From the IMG/VR virus record IMGVR_UViG_3300000571_000003, positions 1 to 21,811 of that record: DNA of 21,811 nt. One strand, written 5' to 3'. This DNA is from a virus (lineage: Duplodnaviria > Heunggongvirae > Uroviricota > Caudoviricetes). The first letter of the stretch is position 1, and each line of letters opens with the position of its first letter. Below, in pieces: positions 8,504-15,900 of this stretch. Position numbers and translations under genes: made by a program. The notes under the pieces were generated by a model. It was given only the letters and a program-made list of their open reading frames with translations. It made no database searches and was not told the origin of the DNA.

Positions 8504-9469
8504 TTAGAAATTCTCTTTAGGGAATTCAGCCCACAATTCTGCAGGAACAGCACCTCCTCCTCCATTACGAATAATATGAGTCAATGCAAGAAGTCCAGCT
8601 CTTTCTGAAGTTGTCAAAAGAACTTTTCCTCCTTTAATAATTCCTATTTCACCCGTAACACCATTCTGAACTATTTTATTATCATTCTTCTCTAAATATT
8701 CCATAGCTTTAATTGTTGAAGGTTTAATAAAATTATCCGTCAATACAAACACAACCATCACACCATTATTATTAAAATAATCATCATTAACATATCCATA
8801 ACCATTTTCTCCCCAACTTTCTCCCCAACTATTTATAAATTTTATTGCCTTTATACCATTCCTTCTACATGGTTTTACGCCACAAATTGCATGCCCCCAA
8901 TCCCCTGTTCCTATTTTTACATCAGGTGTATGCCATGTATCATTACTTCCCCTGACTCCAATCATACAACTTCCACTATCTCTTATTGCAGAGGCAACAG
9001 AATCAATGTTATTAGCAACAATAGCATATGCTGAATCCCCATATATATCATATAATTTAGCTAATGATAATACTGATTCAATTCCAGTTTTATCCCTCAT
9101 ATGTTCTTCAGTTTCTGGATCACTATCAAAATCAGATTCTAACGCACTTCCAAGTTTTACTAATGTATCCATACCATCACGCATATATGCACCTTTGCCA
9201 ACACCAAGGGAGATCTGAGAATAAAAAAACCGTGCTGAAAAATCTTTCATTACACCTGTTTTTTTATAATAAGATATTTCAGCAATAGTTGCAGAAGATT
9301 GTCCAACACAACTAGAACTACCATTTTGATCTTTTACCTTTATTGGAACATCAAAGACAATCTCTTTTGTCCAGTCATAGGAAAGGGTTAATTCTGCTCC
9401 AAAAGTATAATCTCGCTCATCTTCTTTATGAACTGCACCCTTCCCAAATTGTTCAATATTATTTTCCAT
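8504..9469 (-). CDS. Papain-like cysteine peptidase (family C1-like)
   Basis: DQNGSSSCVGQS (oxyanion Q and catalytic C), GHAI (catalytic H), FINSWGESWGENGYG (catalytic N). Confidence 0.88.
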   Translation of the reverse strand: MENNIEQFGKGAVHKEDERDYTFGAELTLSYDWTKEIVFDVPIKVKDQNGSSSCVGQSSATIAEISYYKKTGVMKDFSARFFYSQISLGVGKGAYMRDGMDTLVKLGSALESDFDSDPETEEHMRDKTGIESVLSLAKLYDIYGDSAYAIVANNIDSVASAIRDSGSCMIGVRGSNDTWHTPDVKIGTGDWGHAICGVKPCRRNGIKAIKFINSWGESWGENGYGYVNDDYFNNNGVMVVFVLTDNFIKPSTIKAMEYLEKNDNKIVQNGVTGEIGIIKGGKVLLTTSERAGLLALTHIIRNGGGGAVPAELWAEFPKENF

Positions 9470-9475
9470 ATATTA

Positions 9476-10348
9476 TTAGAGTAACATTGTTACACTTTCT
9501 GTAATAGTAAACTGATCATTTACACTCATTGAAGGATCTCGATTTACTGTTACACTCTCTGTAAGTGTAATTACATCATTTACATTAGCTATAAAGTGAA
9601 TAAATGGTGTCACACTCTCAGTAATTGTACTAGTATCATTTACACTAATATTAGAAGCAGAGACGGCCCCTGTTACTAATTCAGTAATCGTAAATTGATC
9701 GTTTACGGTCATTGTAAGGAAATCAAGTGGAGTTATACTATCAGTTACCGTTAACTGATCATTCACACTGATACTAGGTATTATGAATGTACTTGCAGAT
9801 GTTGTTCCATTGAATAAATATCCCTGCATGTCTTTTGCCTGCACATAAGATACCTCTAAACTGTCAGAAACAGAGTTAAGAAAATAAATACTCATCGCAT
9901 GTTTTACAACAGCAGAACTATTTAAAAATGAATAACGTGCTCCATTTATTTTAAATGTAGCACTAAATCCATTCCAAATAACCTCATATCTTACCGTTGT
10001 ATTTGTCCAAGAAGAATCCCATGTTATAGTTTCTGTCTCAGTATTTCCATCTCCATCTATTGTCTCTGCCTGAAATACAGTCCCATTTATACGAAAGCCT
10101 ACATATGCGCCAAGCGCTTTTTGCGCAAATCCAAACCTTCGAGAATGTCCTGCAGTAGGTGCAACAGGAATAGTAAGATTCATTACTAACCTTCCTTTAT
10201 AAATATCACCGTAGTGGATACATTCAGCAGAATTGACACGAATACCATTTCCAGTAGCAGTTACAACACCAGATAATGTTCTCCATTGAGTTGTATCGTA
10301 CCCCTGACGTTGTGCGTCATAATAAAAGTTTATTCTATCATTTGACAT
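9476..10348 (-). CDS. Virion protein: beta-sandwich/lectin-like domain plus C-terminal VNDQ(F/L)TITES repeats
   Basis: RYEVIWNGFSATFKING-type strands typical of ConA-like folds (inference); about five repeats at the C-terminus. Confidence 0.65.
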   Translation of the reverse strand: MSNDRINFYYDAQRQGYDTTQWRTLSGVVTATGNGIRVNSAECIHYGDIYKGRLVMNLTIPVAPTAGHSRRFGFAQKALGAYVGFRINGTVFQAETIDGDGNTETETITWDSSWTNTTVRYEVIWNGFSATFKINGARYSFLNSSAVVKHAMSIYFLNSVSDSLEVSYVQAKDMQGYLFNGTTSASTFIIPSISVNDQLTVTDSITPLDFLTMTVNDQFTITELVTGAVSASNISVNDTSTITESVTPFIHFIANVNDVITLTESVTVNRDPSMSVNDQFTITESVTMLL

Positions 10349-10415
10349 ATAAATTCTTAACCTTTAATAATCATGATTACCAACCAACAATATAATTATA
10401 CAATATATTAATATA

Positions 10416-11039
10416 TTATTCCACAGTTTTTTTCATAGGGGGTCTTCCACGACGAACCTTTTTCTCTCCATCTTGGTCAACATAAGCCTCATTTGCCTCT
10501 ATTGGTTCTGGTTGTACACCCAAAACCTTATTTACATCAATATTTTCACTATTTTCGTTACTTACATCATTTTTTTCTTCTACAGAATCCTCAACTTGTT
10601 GTTTGTTCTTCTCTTCATGAACCTTAGTTATCCCCTTAAGAACTGATTCTATAACACCTGGAAGCATCTCTTTTACCCTTGCAGAGGCTAAATCATCTAT
10701 TAATTTGTTCATTTGAGGCGTTAATTGAACATTTTTTGCTGATGATTTCATGTTTTCAACATGTCCATATTTTATCTCTTGAATTATATGTCCAGGTTCA
10801 GTTTCCTGTCTATTATAAGCATATGGATCTTTTTGAACTTCCTCAACACATATAAAGTCTCTATCAAATGCTGGATGATTAATCATCATATCAATCTGTT
10901 CCTGTTGATTTATTATAGCAATACCATCCTGAAACTTTACATAAATACCGCTAACCGGTTCACGACCTACTATTGCAGATCCTGGAATACCTGGTCTTAA
11001 AACTACACGTAAATTACTTGATTTTGAAACAAACTTCAT
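10416..11039 (-). CDS. Hypothetical phage protein with acidic tail and terminal RRGRPP (AT-hook-like) motif
   Basis: ORF track; position downstream of the capsid genes. Confidence 0.75.
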   Translation of the reverse strand: MKFVSKSSNLRVVLRPGIPGSAIVGREPVSGIYVKFQDGIAIINQQEQIDMMINHPAFDRDFICVEEVQKDPYAYNRQETEPGHIIQEIKYGHVENMKSSAKNVQLTPQMNKLIDDLASARVKEMLPGVIESVLKGITKVHEEKNKQQVEDSVEEKNDVSNENSENIDVNKVLGVQPEPIEANEAYVDQDGEKKVRRGRPPMKKTVE

Positions 11040-11065
11040 AAAATATAATTCATAATAATTATGCT

Positions 11066-11101
11066 AAAGAAGGGGGTACAGAAAAATACCCCCCCTTTTT
11101 T
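11066..11101 (-). terminator. Putative intrinsic terminator after the head genes
   Basis: GGGGGTA/TACCCCC stem followed by TTCTTT on the - strand; A/T tract on the other side. Confidence 0.65.
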
Positions 11102-11105
11102 ATTC

Positions 11106-11807
11106 CTACTCAATAATACCAGAAATACGAACGAAATTACTCGTAGAGTCAGTAAGAGTAGCAGCGTCTTTAACAAGAACAATAATGTCCTCATCAATAC
11201 CACCAGTTATCTTACCTTCACCATTTGCAAAACGAATCGTAGTCTCTGTTGTATCAACAGAAAGCGCTCCATAAAGCTGTGTTTCTGTTGTTTTCTTTCG
11301 CTTCCAAATTTGGACACTATCTACCGCTGCTGTTCCCATATTTACAGCATAAACAATCTCCTGAAGATGAACTCTGTGATCACTAGGAGCATCAAATTCT
11401 CTTTTCGGAGAGAGGCACGTAGCAATCTGAAGCGACGCAGACGTATCCTGTAACACATTCCAGATAGTACCACCATTTTCAGCCGTTGCTGAAGTAATAG
11501 CACCATCTAAAAGTGTAGATGCACTCGCTTTTGAACGAAGAGCATCAAGGATCTTCGCTTCCCAACGTCCTGTTGCATTAATCTGATCAACAACAGCTCC
11601 ATAGGTTGTATACGTTGCAAAGGCAACCGTATCTGTCGTTGTACTTCCAACGAGAACAATGTTTGTAGCAGTTGTAACTGTTACCGAAGTAGCAGTCTCT
11701 GTACCGAGCTTACGAAGACGAATAGCAACAGGACCATCAGTTCCTTTCTGAAGAACTGTTCCTGAAGCCGCTGCTTGACGTACAAGCAATGAATCTAAAC
11801 TTGCCAT
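11106..11807 (-). CDS. Putative virion structural (head decoration/cement-like) protein, 233 aa
   Basis: A/T/V-rich composition, first structural-looking gene after the MCP, followed by a terminator; function is inferred. Confidence 0.6.
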   Translation of the reverse strand: MASLDSLLVRQAAASGTVLQKGTDGPVAIRLRKLGTETATSVTVTTATNIVLVGSTTTDTVAFATYTTYGAVVDQINATGRWEAKILDALRSKASASTLLDGAITSATAENGGTIWNVLQDTSASLQIATCLSPKREFDAPSDHRVHLQEIVYAVNMGTAAVDSVQIWKRKKTTETQLYGALSVDTTETTIRFANGEGKITGGIDEDIIVLVKDAATLTDSTSNFVRISGIIE

Positions 11808-11828
11808 ATATATCGTTGATTAACTTTT

Positions 11829-12430
11829 AAACCGGCAATAACCCGTGCCATTTCGGGGGTAGGAATAAAACCCTACCGGAGAGAGAAGGAGCTAGATCTC
11901 TATATTTAAGATAAATTCAAATTCTTAAATATTCTTGATATTATTTTGGTAAATTCTTCATATCCGTGAGCACTTTTCATCTTATTACACGTAGAGCAGC
12001 ACGGCAAAACATTACCTACCTCATAACCGATAGAACTATCTATTCTGTCAACACCCATTGTGGGTGAATTTATTCCACAGTAGTGACATTTACTAGAAAC
12101 CAACACAGATAAGGTGTCTACAGATATACTAAATGCCAATTTTCTTAATCTAGCATTCTTTGTATAAACATAATATCTACCCCTCACTGTCTCCCTTCTG
12201 TATCTGTTAACCCTTATTTTTTGACAGTCTTTACAAATACTTTTCCTAGAGTTTTTACTGTGACTTTTATTTAATGGAAAGAATTCACGTTCTTTATATT
12301 CGTCACATACCCGACAATGCAATCTTTCCTTTAACTTTTTTTCCATAATACAGAGATCTAGCTCCTTCTTTTTGTGATTTATTGTCCCACCCCTCCGTAG
12401 GACATTCCTAGCTCAACGAGAGACTAGGAA
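11829..12430 (-). ncRNA. Unassigned structured RNA between the MCP and the next gene, with an HNH ORF in one stem-loop
   Basis: Hairpins at 12405-12430, 12383-12404, 11858-11877 and 11829-11857, plus an 18-bp perfect inverted repeat at 12352-12369/11884-11901. Manual pairing only. Confidence 0.5.
11906..12346 (-). CDS. Zn-binding HNH-type (His-Me finger) endonuclease, 146 aa
   Basis: CxxC...CxxC N-terminus; CHYCG...GVDRIDSSIGY...NVLPCCSTCNKMK. Confidence 0.8.
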   Translation of the reverse strand: MEKKLKERLHCRVCDEYKEREFFPLNKSHSKNSRKSICKDCQKIRVNRYRRETVRGRYYVYTKNARLRKLAFSISVDTLSVLVSSKCHYCGINSPTMGVDRIDSSIGYEVGNVLPCCSTCNKMKSAHGYEEFTKIISRIFKNLNLS

Positions 12431-12444
12431 AAACAAGCTGTATT

Positions 12445-12993
12445 CTACGACGTGACCCCTTTTAAAAGGGCATGTTTAGCGCTCTGCGCTCTCTGCAAAC
12501 CTACTTCACTAAGATATTGATCAACAATACCGTCTGCGTCTGGCGCTTGGATGTTGGTCTGAAGTTGCGTATCGCGATTATTCATATAGCGATAGGCAAA
12601 ACATTCCATATCAAGCATAAACGCATAACCGGCATAATCTTCGACAAACAATGGATTATGAACAATGTTCACTGTTCCAAATGCTGTCTGCCATTGGCTG
12701 ATCTTCATACCGTATGTGGTGTCCAATGGTTTTGTGAGAATCTGTCCACGGGCGATTTCATTGATTGCCTGCAAGACGACACCGCCTGCAAAAAGCATCT
12801 TTGTATCATTACCGTAGGTAAATCCTTCACGTAGGAACGTGTTCAAATCAGGAGCAGTCAATGGACCGCCTTGGTTCTGAACATACGAGTTACCACCCTC
12901 GATGAACTCTAGCATACCGCCAGTGGAACGTCGTGGATGGCTCTGTGTTCCTGTGTCTGAATTTTTTTCACTGAACCAGAATGCACGTTCAAT
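12445..12993 (-). CDS. MCP exon 6 (IERAFWF... to stop)
   Basis: The track ORF starts at TTG 12996, whose G is the intron-terminal G; there is no independent start. Confidence 0.88.
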   Translation of the reverse strand: MERAFWFSEKNSDTGTQSHPRRSTGGMLEFIEGGNSYVQNQGGPLTAPDLNTFLREGFTYGNDTKMLFAGGVVLQAINEIARGQILTKPLDTTYGMKISQWQTAFGTVNIVHNPLFVEDYAGYAFMLDMECFAYRYMNNRDTQLQTNIQAPDADGIVDQYLSEVGLQRAQSAKHALLKGVTS

Positions 12994-15900
12994 CAATTTT
13001 GTTATTACCCATTAAGGGTAGGTTGATCATTTCTGTCAACCTCTCTATGTCGCCATAGAGTTCAGACTATATCATTATCCATTTTAATGAACTTCCCTCC
13101 AACCCTATCTCTGCTATTCGCAAAAATAGACATCTTCTGTTTTGTTTCATCTGTTATGGATATACCTCGTTTAGTCGTTGAACCTGGAAATAAAACCTTA
13201 TATTCTTCAAGTCTATTTTGCTTTCTTCCTATATTGAAGTATAGACCGTTTTCTATAAAGCTTTTCTTATTAAACGTAAATTTAGCGAAAATCTTACCTG
13301 ACTTTAATATCTCTCTAGTGATTACTCCAACCCTTATACCATTATTTTGGCAGAAAGAATGAAGTTCATATACCCACAAATCACAAGCTCCTATACCTAT
13401 CTTTAGATCACATACTTTATGACCATTATAGATATGTTCTCTTGTTTTAGATACATACCCTTCACTGTCGAGTAATCCAGATATTAATTCTCTTTGTAGA
13501 ACTTTATCCCACTCAGAGAAGTCTATTGGAAGATTCTTTCTATTATGAGTGATTTCTTGAAGTATATTGCAAAACTTCACGTCACTCAATCTTGTAGAGA
13601 ACACCTTCTTATTAGCCTTAGTAAGTCTATTCTCCTCACCAATACTAACATTATTCTCACTTAACTTTTCAAGATTACTAACTGTCTTCTTTACAAAATC
13701 ATGGTCTATCGCTTGTAACATAAATGTTCTTTTGTCAGAACATATCGACCCGTCTCCTAAAAAGACTCCTAATATATACGCTAAATTTTTGTTCATATTT
13801 CCTTGGCTGCGGATTGTCCCCACTAATTCATTGTTGCTCTTTGGCAGAATTAGATACTTGGGAGTTTCCCGCAATTAAGAGTTATTTAATTATGATGTTA
13901 CCACCATAATGGACACTATTCTATCCAAAGCGTGTTCTGTTCCCTTCTTTGCTCTCTGGTAAGGAAGCATTATTGTTACATTCCATTAAAGGAATGGCAT
14001 AGTCATTTCTGCTATGCTCTACGTGTCTCCATCGTAGATCGGACTATATCATCTCCCATAGGGAGTTTAGCGTATAGTCTCTGGGGATTTAAGCACGCTT
14101 TAACAGTTTTAATTGTTCATATATCTCATGATCCCTTTCTATATAAGGGACATTTTTATATACTGCCGATCTTCTATTAAGAAACTCTTTTACAAGAGCT
14201 ACTTGTTCTTTTTTCGTTACAGTATATTCACTAATGAGATCAATGAACTTCTTTATTCGTTCAAATCCATTTACTTCCACTACCCAACTTTCTCTCCACC
14301 CTTTTTTTGATGGACGATATTTTATGTAGTGAGTAACATTGAACGATTTTAACTGTTCTGATAGATAATCTATGGTTTTTTTATCCGTGTTAGCGATAAC
14401 GACACTTGGTCTATAAGTATCTTTATAATGAGGCTGTCTTTTATCAGTCCTCTTCCAAAGACCTATATAACCTTCTCCATCAAAAAAACCTGCTATCCAT
14501 CCTATCGTACTTAGCTTTCCTGCATGATTGTCTCTATCCATAACATTATTACCTAAGAAGTAATTATGGCTTAACGAGATGTTCCAGCATATGGCTAAAT
14601 TTTACAAGGACCATTCTCTTAATCCTTTCCTCCGTAGAGGTTGGCTTCCTTCTCAGTATTACTCAAGGCAATAGTTGTCTTGAAAATCTGTTACAATCTT
14701 GACATCATTTTTAATGTCTGATAAGATTACCTTATCACTCATATTCTCATATGAGGAGCGACTATATCTTCACTAAACCTTAGTGTTCGACGTATAGTCT
14801 GTGAGAATTTAACTTAACTATATCTATGAATATCAACAAAACATGCAAATTGTGCTCTCAACCTTTTGAAACTAATTTTAACAATAAAATTTTTTGTTCT
14901 AATAAGTGTAAGGATGAATGCTGTAAGTTTTTTCCACGGCGGGTGTCAGATGAGAAAAAATGTATTATCTGTGATAATATATTTACTCCCAAAAGAGAGA
15001 GTACAAATCTATGCTCTAGAAAATGTATAGACATATCCTATAACAATAAACGTCCCAGAAAAACCGATAAGAGATATCATGAAACGTTAGCGATAAAGAA
15101 AAAATCATTAAATAAAGAACAATTAGAAATAATCTATGGTTCTATATTGGGTGATGGATTCTTATCACTACAAACAGACGGTTTCCACCGCTTATCTTTA
15201 TGTCATTCTGAGAAACAATTAGACTATTTAAAGTTCAAGATGTCTAAATTATCTATTATATTTAGACAGAAAGAACCTAATAGATTTGTAAATCCAGAAC
15301 ACCTATATAAAGATTACATCATGAAAGAGAAAGTTCAGTATCATGCTCATTCTATATCCCATCCTTCTTTAACTAATCTTTACGGAATGTGTTATAGAAA
15401 TAAGAGACAAATGATAGACAGAAGATTTTTAAATCTTATGTCTGAAACTTCTCTTCTTATTTGGTTTTTAGATGATGGATGTTTAGATAAAAGAAATAGA
15501 AATTCTATATTATGCACTAATTCTTTTTCTATTTCTGAAGTATCTGCTATAAAGAAGTGGCTTTGGCAAAGATTTAAACTTACTGCCAAAATCAGAACAT
15601 CTTCCGGATATCCAATCATCTCATTCTCTGTGGAAGAAACTCGTAACCTTGTTGATATTTTGAGGCAAAGCCCCATTTTCAATGAACTTCCTGATTGTAT
15701 GCTATATAAGCTTACAATCAGACCATATAATTAAGTTATCTTTTCTGCTGATTGACCCTATTCATAGAATTTTCAGGGTTCGCCGGTAGGTCGCCCCAGC
15801 CCGGTATCCTATCTATGACTTAACAGGTTATCCCAGCATATAGTCGAATTTTACTACACCCAGATTGGTTGTTTCAAAGTGTAGTTTGTTTGGGCAGATG

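Larger units (their letters stand above)
14691..15877 (-). mobile_element. Group I intron 3 of MCP (1187 nt) with antisense endonuclease in L6
   Basis: P1 ACUACACU/GGUGUAGU; P10 CAGAUU/AAUCUG; P3 UUCGAC/GUCGAA; P4 UGCUG/CAGCA; P7 GACUA/UAGUC; P8 CACUAA/UUAGUG; P9, P9.1 and P9.2 hairpins. Confidence 0.9.

Noticed and set aside
11884-12369. IS/MITE with terminal inverted repeats
   Set aside because: The enclosed ORF is an HNH-type nuclease, not a transposase; there is no target-site duplication, and the G.U extension points to RNA pairing.
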